Positions 47,701-59,157 of a stretch of 64,000 nt of DNA are shown here, piece after piece. Source of the DNA: Chlorokybus atmophyticus (taxonomy: Eukaryota > Plantae > Mesostigma and Chlorokybus algae); contig RHPI01002411.1 in the NCBI GenBank assembly GCA_009103225.1, positions 28-64,027 of the forward strand, in the 5' to 3' direction. How positions within the stretch are numbered: the first letter of the stretch is position 1; the number at the start of each line of letters is the position of its first letter. Both the position numbers and the translations under genes were made by a program. The notes below the pieces were generated by a model, which was not told where the DNA came from, ran no database searches, and saw nothing but the letters and a program-made list of their open reading frames with translations.

Positions 47701-49648
47701 GGCATAGTATGCTGCTTTGCAACCAGGCATGGTTCACAAAGTGCACCTGATGCATTCTTGAGTTCTTCAGTGCTGAGATGGATGCCCTTGACCATCTTCT
47801 CAGCGACAAGGCGAGTGAGGTTGACGTAGCTGAGATGCCCGAACCTTCGATGCCACAATGTTGGCGACTCCTTGTCCTTCACCACCATGGCTTGAATGTC
47901 AATGTCCTTAGGGTGCTGCTCCATGTGGTAGAGCCCTCCCGGATCAGCGATTCGAACCATGTGCACGACCCCATCAAGGATGACTGTGCAGCGACCCTTC
48001 CGAAATAGGATCTCCGCGCCTAAGCGCTCCGCAACCCTCACAGAGAATAGACTACCAATAGCTTTAGAAACATGCAGGACGTTGCGTAACAACACCTCGC
48101 GTAGTGTGTTACCAACCTTGCACTGGAGTCGTACGTTGTCAACTCCCTCAGCCACCAGTACTTCGCCACCTTAATTGTGGACGTCAGCTTGCTGTAGCCC
48201 TCCATCACCTCCTTGTTTGGTGTGAGATGACGATCGCAGCCAGAGTCCACCATCCAGAAAGCTGTGCCCGCCCTCGAACTTGATGCAGTGAAGGCGACAT
48301 GTTTCTCCTTGTGTTGGTGCTCGTTGCCGCTGTTGCTGGTGCTCGCACTAGGTTGCCCCTGTTGTTTCTTCCTACAATCCTTCACAATGTGCCCCTTCCA
48401 ACCACACCAGTGGCATGTGAGGTCTTTGTGACAAGGATTGCCCGGCTTGTTGCCCTTGTTCTTCTCCTCATGGTTGCTCTTCTTCCCGTGCTTGTTGGTG
48501 TGGAAGGCCACGGCATCAGCTTGCTCGTCCTTCTTCATCACCCTCTGCTCTACGGTGAGCAGCTTCGGTAGTACATCGTCCAGCATCAGCTCCGATGACA
48601 ATGTCTCCAGCAGTGTTGCAACGACCTCGTACTCTGCTGGTAGCCCTGCAACAACAGCCAGCACAACCTCCGTCTCCCCCATGTCGTGGCCGACGTTGAT
48701 AAGGTCCGCCCACAGCTCTCTCGCGCGTGCAACATACTTTGTGATGGGTTCTGCTGCCTCCTTCCTGAGTGCACTCAGCTGCTTGCGTAGCTGCAACTTT
48801 CTGGCGTTGTTCGTGGCTCTGAAAACGGCTGATAGCTTTTCCCAAGCTTGTCTACCATCTTCACATGCAGTGAGCATGGGAAAGTGATGCCGTTTGCAGT
48901 TCAACACAAGCAAAGAGTGTGCTTCTGAATGCTCTGACCACACAGTGTTCGCTTCTGGTAGTGGTGGTGGTGCCTTCGGATCAACGTACTTCCACATCTT
49001 CTTGTGGATGAGCAAGGCCTTCATCTCCACACACCATGTGTTGTAGTTGTCAGTGTCCAGCTTTGCAATCTGCCCCTTGTCGTAGGTCGCCTCCACTTCT
49101 GTCGAGCCTGCCTTTCTTGCAGTTGACACCCAAGGCTCTGCTACCAACAAGCTACCGTAGTGTAGAACTACTATGCACACAAGCTAGTCTCACACTCCTC
49201 AAGCGTAGTGTGGGCCCATAATATGTTGTAGAACTAGCATGCACATGTAGCTGAGGCAAGCATAGACACACAGCGACAGAGCTACCGCCACCAGAGCATA
49301 CACAAGTCACATCACATTCATCTGTTACAAGTTGTCCGATGGTTCTTATACCAGCCAGTTACACACACGTTTACGTTTGCAAGCACTGCGTAAGGTATAC
49401 TCAACTTTTTGACGCGCTTTAAGCTGCGTTGTCTTTCTTACAATCAGAGCTTTCCAACAAGGTCTTACACGCCTAATATGAGTAAGTATACGCGGAGATG
49501 CAAAGCAATTAATAAGGCTCCAGTCTAGAGTCCGGAGTCTGGTCCGACGACGCCATCTTGCTAAGTCCGGACCTAGCTGCTCGTCCTTACGACCTTCTAC
49601 TCCTGTGCGGAGGGTCGATGCTGATCGTATGTAAAAATACTCTCAACA
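44753..49648 (-). mobile_element. Full-length but decayed Copia family A copy D, in an intron of SET gene 1
   Basis: LTRs at 44753-45176 and 49224-49648; TSD CAACA. gag-pol is broken into several ORFs by stops and frameshifts. Confidence 0.95.
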
Positions 49649-50281
49649 CAACAACAGCAAACTATACCAGCGAGACCTTGCAGTGGCTATATATGCCGCC
49701 AACCTCCCGTCCAATTGATGATGTCCCATACATGACAGCCGCCAAGTTGGTGAGTCCCTAGCCCTAACCCTTGACAGCCGCCTTGGTTTTTCAATGCATT
49801 TGTTGTTACATAATTGAATTTGTTGTACCAATGCGTTTGACTTCGATTCGCCGTCCAATAAATGACAACCACCAGTCTAGGGATGGACAGCCGCGTCGCT
49901 AGCTTTGTGACTTCTATTGATTGGCGCACTGCACAAGGCACTGCACAAGTACGGCTTGTGCGGCTCGTGCGACTGACAATATGGAACATAGTAGCACTTG
50001 ACAGTCGCAGCAGCAGCTTGGTGATTGAGTCTTGAGTTCACTTGCGACTTTGCATGCGCCATGATTCCGTGTTGCTTGAACACTTGCACTAGTCGTTTGT
50101 GGATTGCTGCTTGAGCTGTCAGCGCTTACCTGAAAGGTGTTTGTTTTGCTTTAAAGCTTGCATGCCTTGTTGCTTGCGCGCTGAGTCACTGACTGTGCAC
50201 TAATTTTGGTTGCTTGTTCAGCCTCAGTCTGTGCACCGAGTTCAATTAATGGTTCATGCTGTTTAGCTAACACTATGGCTA

Positions 50282-53014
50282 TTGGGGAGGGCAGCCAAAT
50301 GCCTGCCGCAACAGATCAAACGAGGCCAAGGGCAACAATTTGCTGGGTCAGGTGACAGGTCAGCAGTTCTTGATGAAGGAGGAGTACAAGCATATGCCAC
50401 AACGCTGATTGTCAACCTGGAGAAGCTGAAGAAGAAGATGTCGAGCAAGTGGCCACTACCTCAAGGTATGAAGGGCAAGGACTTCAAGATGAATGCTGAG
50501 CACCGGCAGGAGCTCGACGAAGTATGCCAGGCGGTCTTGCAGCAGTCACTTCCATTGGTCTTTGACACAAACCACTCGCTCATGTGGACAAAAGGTGAGC
50601 TGCTTTCTTGATGACATGTGATCCTTGAATGGAACCTGAATTCAGTTGTGTTGAAGTGAGTTGTAGCATATCGTTCAGCTTTCAGTTCACTATGTCTGCT
50701 TAGCAGTATTGCCGTTGACAGTCCTTACCCTAGTTGCTGTTGCTGTGTTCGTGTTTATTGCTGTGCAAAGTTGCTCTCAGTGCCCAGTTGCAGTATGCTG
50801 TCTTTTGTTAGCTAGCAGCTTGCAACAGCTGAAAGTGCTGTCTGGGCATTGTTTTGCTGACAGTCCTTGCCCTGGTTGTTGTTGCTGTGTTTGTGCTTGT
50901 TGCTTCAGTGACCAGTTGCGATATGCTGTTTTTAAGGATGTCTTCTGCTAGATGGTAACTTCCAACAGCTGTAAGTGTGTCCTATATGGAGTTGTCTTGC
51001 CATTGACAGTCCTTGCCTTTGGTACTTTGCTGTCTCGTATCTGCTTGTGTTGCAGCACAAATCAAGCAGTATGTGCTAGTGCTTCGGTACATCGTTGGCG
51101 CGAAGCGCGGCAGTGGTACCAGGAACTGCGTCTAACAACACAACGAGGCCAAGAAGCAAAGGCGTGCCAGCGACATGGAAGCTGCACAAGGCAGCCGCGC
51201 TGCTCAAGCTGAAGCTGGCTGGGGCATGACATTCTGTCTTGGGAAGGACATGAGGGCCAACCAGCAAGTGGTCATGCTGGCGCCTTTGACCGCTGAGCCT
51301 CTCATAGACGCACGGTACCTGTTGAGGGTATTCCTACATCTAGTCAGCTTGCCCTTTGCATAGGAATACACGAGAGGACCTCGATGACTCCGCACTGGGT
51401 CCGGGCAGGTTGCAAAGCAAGGGCTTACAAAAACCGTTGGATCTTGGTGGATACGGAGCCGAATGACACGTGGCGTAGCTTGTTGTGTAGATCTTGAAGT
51501 AAGCTACGTGGTGCAACGTACAGCGCAAGATTCGGTTAAGTGTATCGTACGGTGTCTCTTGTAGATCAGCAGTGTGTGTATTTGGTGCAGAATCTGGCGG
51601 GTATAAGACCCGCGGACTTGTTGCCTTAATACAAGCTGTAGTGTGATGTAGCATGTCACCCATGTGCATGTGCTTGTCAACGTGTTTATGTCAACAGTAC
51701 CGGGCCACTTGGCTAAAAGAGAGGTAAGCAATCATGGTGATGCCGACTGTCGATCATGTTATACTGTTGCCTCCATACTGGCTTCACACATGGTGCCTGC
51801 TACTCTGCATGTCACGACAAGGGTGCGGACGGATATGCTGAAGATCAGGTGTTAGACATTTGCAACAACGCGGTTGTTGTTGGCGTTGCCACCATTGATT
51901 CCGCATGCGAGCCAAACCAATGCGCACGTATCTAGTCTCTGTTAACTATTGGATGGCAGTGAGAAGCGAGGATGACAACCTTGCCGTTCAACTACATGTG
52001 AAAGAGAGGCATCTTCTCTATGGCATGCTGGCAAGCAGCCGCCATGGTGGGCGTACTTTGAAGGTACATTGCTTGCTGTGGATATGCACGTGCTCCAACT
52101 ATGACTGTACGGTGGAGTCCATGAGCATATCTTATGTTAAACACAACAACATGCAGGTTAGGGAAATGGAGTGGCCCATGATGTTCTTGGCCAACGGAGG
52201 CATCTGCCCCTATGAGGTATGCTAACGATGAGCGCATTGCGTTGCCTGGTTGCATCAAGAACCTACTGCCTACGCCCGCAGGCAGGCACAGCACGGACAC
52301 GGAGGTTAATAAGGGCTGTTGTTAGGCTGCTGTCACATGATGGACAGTCGCAAATGCAGTCAATTGATCACGTCTTAGCAGTCGCAGATTGCAATGCATG
52401 TTGCCGTTCTTGACAGACATCAACGCATTGCATTGCGAACTGTTAACAAAATTGACGATCGCCAATGCATTTAATTAATTCTGTTATGACAGTCGCCAAG
52501 GGACTGCACTGACCACTCTGGGTCCTATGCAGGTTGCTGGGGCGATCTCTGACTGTTAAAATGGAAGAGCCACCGCCATGGACTTGCCAATTGCAGCGGG
52601 GATTGTGTGCATCATCAAGCCCAAGGCCCCCACCAGAGAGGAGGCAATCGACATGTATGAGTACTACCACCACATCGAGCACACGCTGTTCCACAATGGT
52701 CACTAGCTGGCACTTAAGGACCCTGACCGAATGGAGCGTGTGCCAGACGAGCTGATCTTGCGAGCCATTGTCAGCTTTGCTATCAGGAAAAAATGGTTGG
52801 TGTCTAACAAAGATGTTGAAGGAGGGTGCGAGTGGGGATCCAATTGCAAACATTCCACGTATGCATACTTCACTGCAAAAAGCTAACGACAGTCCTTTGC
52901 TACTTTTCAAGAGTGATGACTTGATACAATGCAGGCCTTTTGAGCAAAGCAAAGAAGAGAAAGCCATTCCGACCCACGAGGCAGTGGATGCAACAACCCT
53001 TGTCATCCTCCTAG
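50282..53014 (+). pseudogene. Unidentified multi-exon gene ('gene X'), divergent from SET gene 1
   Basis: Coding-like exons with GT-AG boundaries (e.g. ...SLMWTK|, VREMEWPMMFLANGGICPYE|, DMYEYYHHIEHTLFHNG). Removing the solo LTR at 51320 restores LIDARY|RATWLKE in frame. In-frame stops are present. Confidence 0.55.
51320..51696 (+). mobile_element. Solo LTR (Copia family B-like)
   Basis: TGTTGAG...GTCAACA with 5-bp TSD GTACC. 5' end similar to the LTR at 29566. Confidence 0.92.
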
Positions 53015-53099
53015 GTGGGTGGTTTCCTATGCTATGGTCAAGTTACTGTTTGTGTAAGCACGTAACAGTACAGTTGTTATGCAGAGTTCAACAAGCATG

Positions 53100-53593
53100 T
53101 GTTAGCATGAGCATGTCCTGCACACTGCTCAGTCCAGTCCGTTTGTGAATCGGCTAAGGCATGAGCCTTAGAGATACTGCTACTAGTATGAGCTGATATC
53201 GATCAGTCATGAGTCTGTAGCATATATCGAGTCCACTACGCGGAGTATGACCAAGCAGGAGACTCCGGACTTGCTCATGAGGCTGGCGCAGCCTGACGCA
53301 GCCAACGCCTCGGGAGAACGGCGAGAACTCCGCGCATACTTAGCCTTAAGAGACGTGGCTTAGCTTGTTGGAAAGCTTTAGTTGTAAGCTAAACAACTAA
53401 GCTTACAGATTGGCAATCCGCTGAGTATATCTCACGCATTGCTTGGCAAAGTAGACATGTGTCGTATGGCTGGCATAAAGGCTTACAGAATTAACAAGTT
53501 GTTGGTTCGGGTGAAACCCCTTTGCAAGCCTTGTGTGTATGTTTTGGTGCATGTGTATGCTGTAGTTGGCCAGCGCTAGCTCAGTGTTCAACA
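53100..53593 (+). mobile_element. Solo LTR (distantly related to Copia family A LTR)
   Basis: TGTTAG...TTCAACA with 5-bp TSD GCATG. The internal AGCTTGTTGGAAAGCT...GTTGTAAG block is shared with LTR A. Confidence 0.9.
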
Positions 53594-53919
53594 GCATGCG
53601 CTGAGTGTTTGCAAGAGATGCTCTCGAGCAAGGCGGTCGCGGGTGTCTTCACATTGGGGCTGAATTAACCCAGGAGAGCACAAGTCTGGCTTTCAGGCGA
53701 AGGTGCTGGCAACACAACAGACTGATGTTGTTAGCTGCTCATGTTTCCTCCTGTAACCGCAGCGTGAAGTGCATGCAGGAGAACTGTAGCTACAGTCTCA
53801 CTGGCTTGACACTGATAATGGACTGTAATGGACTGTCAAACGACAGCCCATTACGGCATTTTGTGAATTGCATGCGTGTCGGATTGTATGCACCAGGCGC
53901 GGTGCAGGCACCAGTGCAG

Positions 53920-54305
53920 ACCATGCATGGATTCAATGGCTATGACATCATGACAGACCATGCATGGTGCGACTGTCAATCAGTCCATGTATGGTGCGTT
54001 GTCTGTTAGGATCAGACATGTTGCTGCTTGTGGACCATGCATGGCTTCAATGGCTGTGACATCATGATAGACCATGTATGGTGCGACTATCAATCATACC
54101 ATGTATGGTGCGTTGTCTGTTATGGCCATACATGGTGCCGCTTGTGGACCATGTATGCACAACAATGCCCGTATCTATAGACCGTGCATGGTGCGACTGT
54201 CATTCAAACCATGTATAGTGCATTGTATGTTACGACCATACATGGTGCCGCTTGTGGACCATATATGCACAACAACGTCCGTATCCACAGCCCGTGCATG
54301 GTGCC
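53920..54305 (+). repeat. Subterminal tandem array, about 110-114-bp units x3.4, rich in ACCATGYATGG
   Basis: Units start at 53920, 54034, 54148 and 54258. Confidence 0.9.
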
Positions 54306-54538
54306 ACTTTTTATTAAACTGGCACCATAAATGGTCCACTGAGCCAGGAGGCAACGCACCATGCATGGTCGATACAATGTTAGTTTAAACAAAGACTTCC
54401 GGTCCGTACCCATGGACAGTGCATGGTGCGACTGTCAATCACTAAACATGTGAAAGTAATAAACCATGCCTGGTCTTCTGCGCCAGGGGGCATTGCACCA
54501 TACATGATCCTTGCAACCTCAAACAAACAGGTCACCAT

Positions 54539-54710
54539 ACATGGTGCGACCCCCAAAAAACATGGGACCGTTCACGTGAGGTTTGGACCATGCATGGTAT
54601 GACTGTTAATGACAGTCCGACTATATATGGTCCACCCATTTTCACTTGGCAGGGGAAAATCCCGGTACAGAGGTACGGACCATTCATGGTTTCTAACGTC
54701 AGTCAATGTG
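54539..54710 (+). mobile_element. Orphan right end of a DNA transposon, homologous to the Academ right end
   Basis: About 170-bp direct homology to 43783-43954, ending ...AACGTCAGTCAATGTG. No left partner found in the window. Confidence 0.8.
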
Positions 54711-54791
54711 CACAACACTGCGTGCGCGCACACACATGTGCCGCGCGCAACAACTAGCGATAGCAACAACAAGCAAGGAACTCAACTCACC

Positions 54792-55130
54792 TGTTGCGTG
54801 CCGCCGTCTCCCGCCCTGTACGGGATCTGCTGGTACAGCTCCTGCAGCTGAACAAGCAAAGCAAACTCGTCCTCTATGGGTGTGACGGTACCTTGGCCCA
54901 ACAGACCAGTAGCCTGCACCTGAAAGTGCTCAGCCCACTTGGGGCCATAGTCGTGATAGATGGCGATCTCGTACTATATTTGAGTTACGACAGACATCAT
55001 AGGAGCCTCAAAAACAACCCCAAAGCGATGATCTCATCAGCACGCGAGCAGCTTGTGCTCGCGTGCTGGGAGCCTGAAGTCGCGATCGAGCTTGTTCCAT
55101 AATGCCCATTGCACCGTGGCTGTGGTGAGC
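54792..55130 (-). pseudogene. Fragment of an unidentified spliced gene between two transposon ends
   Basis: GT-AG-bounded segments reading DGTLRKLTTATVQWALWNKLDRDF...YHDYGPKWAEHFQ with stops. Confidence 0.35.
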
Positions 55131-56272
55131 TTGCGCAAGGTGCCATCGGCTGCACGAAGCTCACAGTTAGTACACTGACAGCAACGCATTTAAAGGATGC
55201 CAACACGTGCAAGATGTGCACATAACTTGAACAACAGATGACATGGTCAACCTGAATGACGCTTACAAGAGCGCATTCAGGTTTTCAAATAGATCAGCTG
55301 ATAATCAATTTTATTCTAGCCTTATCCGTCCAGCTGCGCACCTGCTGCAGGCAGCTTGCAGTGCAGTAAAGTGGAGTGGGGTAGAATCGGGTCCGGCTTT
55401 TGTAACCTAATGCGATGGTTACAATAGCAGCACCCGACTGCATAGCGGCCGCTCGAGTATCTGACAGGTTCAGGGCTGGTCGCGCCCCCTGTGGCCTGCG
55501 AATCACACCTGCACTAATACAGCAAGGTCCAGGTGCTGTGCTACAAACCTGGTCCGTATGCAGCCGTGTCATGGGACCAGGTACATTGCACCACATCGCC
55601 TGTCTTTGGTACAATTGTAGCAATGACCGAACCTGTCTGGCATGATTGGGGCGCGGCCTTGCACACGTCAGCACAGCGTTAAGTACGCACAGGGCTTTTT
55701 ACGCGCGGACCAGTCGTACGCGGCCCGTAGACCACGTCTGGTACGTTGTAGCGTACCAGTGCCGCGACTGGTCCGGCATGATCGGACCACTGGTGGTCCG
55801 GCCCCGGAGCCCGCCGATATGGTCCGAATGACCGGACCAGGGCTGGTGGCGTGTCCCGCGGCTTGTAGACCGGTACAGCACTGGTCAGCACGCGGCCTGA
55901 GCAGTAGGACCAAGGCTGGTCGCATGCCCTGCGGCCTATGAGCCAGGGCAGCACTGGTACAGAATGCATGTACTGTACGGACCAATTATGTCCTCACAAG
56001 CGGGACCAAGCTGCACTGGTACGGTTGCAAGCGGCCCTCATAGACCATGCATGGTTCCGAAACCGAAACAGCACTCAACAACTCAACAGCTCTTTTGAAT
56101 CATTGATATATTATGATAACCAACGGTGAAGAATGACGTCGGAAGCATACGACACATCTCACCAAGGCCGTTGCTCCCAAGGTCACGTGCGCCAATGCTA
56201 AACGAGTAGCAGGCACTGGGCATGCATGGTCCCCTGTCCATTTGCTAGGGTTTTGGGCTTGCGCTGCAGTCT

Positions 56273-56308
<36 letters not shown>
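56273..56308 (+). repeat. (CGG)12 microsatellite upstream of the transposase ATG
   Basis: Direct reading of the sequence. Confidence 0.95.
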
Positions 56309-56310
<2 letters not shown>

Positions 56311-56361
56311 GCGAAAACCTTTGGAACAGCTGGTTTCGTGGGTACTACGCATGCACCCAGC

Positions 56362-58887
56362 ATGGCGGACCGAAAAGCAGCTGATATTGCTGAAAGACTC
56401 CACCAGTCTATCGAACTCAAGCTACCTGCAGTCAACCTTGCAGCTTTGCGCAAGCGGAAGCAGCGTTCCAAGTTGGTTGTTAACGCAACGCAAGGTCTCC
56501 TACGTCAGAAGGACTTGGAGTTGAGTCAAAGAGAGCAAGCTCTTGCCCGCAGAGAAGCTGAGGTGTCCCAACTTTTGGCTGATAGCGGCCTCGCTGGTGA
56601 CAACGCGTCCCCCATGGAGGTGGATGGGCAGGCAGACCCCTCACTCAGGTAACATCCTTGCCCCCACTAGCTAGCTTTCAAGCCTCATTGCGACACAGCC
56701 AGCACAGATTTCTTGACAGCAGTTGTTAAGCGCCTAATATGACTCCCTGCAGGCCAGCTTCAGCAACTCAGCCTGCTGCTCACCCCCCTGCAACCGCTGG
56801 CCAGCCATCCACTTCGCATTCCCCTCTGTCACCGGCTGCTGAAGCTGGAGGTGGCTCATTCGCCGACGAGTCATCTGATCATGTGGAGAGCCAGCAGCAG
56901 CAGCAGCAGCAGCAGCAGAATCGTCAAGTTATCTGCAACTGCAGTTCCAGTGGATGCCGCGGCATGGTAAGCAGTGCGGTCTATGAGTTATGCAATCTAT
57001 TGCTCTGACCGAAAGTCTCATAGGCACTGTCCAGTGTCTACGAGTCATGCACTCCATTGCTCTGACCTAAAGTCTCATAGGCACTGTCCAGTGTCTACGA
57101 CTTATGCATTCCTTTGCTGAGACCTAAGGACTCATAGGCACTGGACAGTGCCAGTCTGGTCTATGACACAGCCATGCACGCGTGTGTCTTGCTTGTGATT
57201 CTTGATAGCGTGGTGATGTGGATTGGTGTTGATCGCTGGCGTGCTAACCAAGATCTGTCATCATAGATGGTAGACGAAGCAGTTGCAAGGGCGCACCGTG
57301 CACTTGACCTGGCAGTTGCCGCAAGCAAGTGGGCACCACCTATTCCCCATAGTCAACCTCTCGAGCCCAGCCAACCACCATTGGAGTCTGCTACGAAGAA
57401 GTGGCTGGATATCTACCTAAAGATTGTGACAGCCCTGGAAGATTCTGGTGTCCAGGTTGCTCTCGTCAACGAGATTATGAAGCTCATCTTTGGCCAGATA
57501 AATTCTGTGGTCAAGCTGGCCTTGGAGGTTCCTTTTGAACAGGAGCAGTGGCGGGATGACATCGCCAGCCTTATAGGCGACACAATATCGCACAGCCCTG
57601 TCGCGGATGAGCCGCCGACAGACATTGCCGCCGTGGATAAACTGTTGGCCGCGCTCGGCATGCCTGTTCCTCAGCGCCTGACCGTCGATCCCACATGCAA
57701 GTACTTGTTTGATGCACCTTATCCCACACTCAATGAAGATGACGAAGACTCGGACACGAGCGAGACCAAAAAATGATTGATCGCCTTCGCAACACACCGT
57801 GCGGAGGGGGATGCGGCAGGGTTCGCAAAGAATGATGCGACTTCTTGTACAATCGTATAGGTGCCTGGCTCAGCGCCAAGTTGGCTGTCCCTTCAATCGC
57901 TCACGACTATCTGGAGGAATGGCGCCACAAAGATGAGTGGTTGCACGTCCCTGTGGAACAAGTACCTGCTGCAAACACTGAGTACTGGCATGGTGCGAAG
58001 AAGCAGCATCACTGCAGCTTCTGGGACCCTCGCCACAAAATCAAGCTGCCTGTGTCCTGCGCATTCTGCCACCACATCCCGGATGTCGATTTGGAGCATC
58101 ACAACGCAGGCGATCACGTGACATTTGAATGCTCAGGGTGCCACAAAACCAACCATCAGATGGTACAGCAAGCTCTTGGCGACCCTCGCAACATAGCCCT
58201 GCTAATCCACGCCGACGGCTTCAGCTCAACAACCACTGTGAAGCACAGCTGCACCGTTGTCAGTGCCTCTGTGCTCAATGGTGGGAAGCGCATTTCCTCA
58301 CAAGAGTCTTCCGTCATGCCTTTGCTCTTTGTTCCCACTGATCAGATCCCAAACGGTGTGGACAGTCTGGAGCCCTTTCTGGAACCACTGGTGCGTGACC
58401 TGGAGAACCTCTACTTGAACGGCTTCACTGTTCGTTATGGCCTCGATTCCAATCATGTCGACTGTTGTGTGCTTGATCGACGACCAGGTAATGACTGGGT
58501 TATAACATGTTTTGTCACCTATATCACCCAAAGTCTCATAGGCACTGTCCAGAGTCTACAACTTATGCAGTCCATTTTTGTGTATGCTAAAGTCTCATAG
58601 GCACTGTTCAGTGGCTGCGACTTGGTTATAGCATATCTGCCTTCTTGCGGTCTATGAGACTGTCATAGGCTGCACTGCCCAGTGCGGCCTATTACAGTCT
58701 CTATCAGACTGGTTGTGAGATACTGATGTTGACTTCATTGCAGGTCAAGAGATAACGCTGCGGGTAGTGCTGTGGGCATGGACGGGTGACCAGCCAGCGC
58801 AATGTGAGATAGGCCAGTTTAAGAGTGGAGGCCTCGTCCCCTGCCGGCGTTGTCTCCTCAAAGCCACTCAGCACCAAGTGCCCCGGC
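56362..58887 (+). pseudogene. CACTA (Tnp2/Transposase_21-like) transposase, spliced, frameshifted and C-terminally truncated
   Basis: GDPRNIALLIHADGF, FLEPLVRDLENLYLNG and, after intron 58488-58743, TLRVVLWAWTGDQPA...PCRRC. Frameshift and stop near 57770-57840. No downstream DxxH or E region recognised. Confidence 0.82.
57001..57150 (+). repeat. Intronic tandem repeat (about 57 bp x2.6) with core AAAGTCTCATAGGCACTGTCCAGTG
   Basis: Units at 57001, 57058 and 57115. Further copies at about 58530 and 58588. Confidence 0.9.
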
Positions 58888-59157
58888 GTGTGTCTGCATC
58901 ATAGACCAGTTCGGATAACTGCGCCTTGCAGACAACTATGTGCACTGTGCGCGTGTGCATGCGACTGCATGTGTGATGGCCGAGCAAGCAGGGCAAGCAA
59001 TGAACATGTAATGGCAATATATTACAATATACACTTATGCACATCTGTTCTGCAGGCTATGTACACTGAATGGATGCCTATAAACCCAGCCTGCAGCTGG
59101 ACTATAAGCAACCTGAAGTAGGTACCTGGGTGCTACTGACTCAGTCTATAGGCCATA

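Noticed and set aside
49756-49772. CCCTAGCCCTAACCCT telomere-like sequence (also isolated TTTAGGG at about 4500 and 36028)
   Set aside because: Only one or two degenerate units, not an interstitial telomere array.
53920-54305. Regularly spaced repeats (also 57001-57150) as a possible CRISPR array
   Set aside because: Whole units are homologous with no unique spacers, the context is eukaryotic, and there are no cas genes.
54930-54975. YEIAIYHDYGPKW as a third SET C-terminal motif
   Set aside because: It lacks the preceding GEEL and NH/NS motifs and is too short to call.
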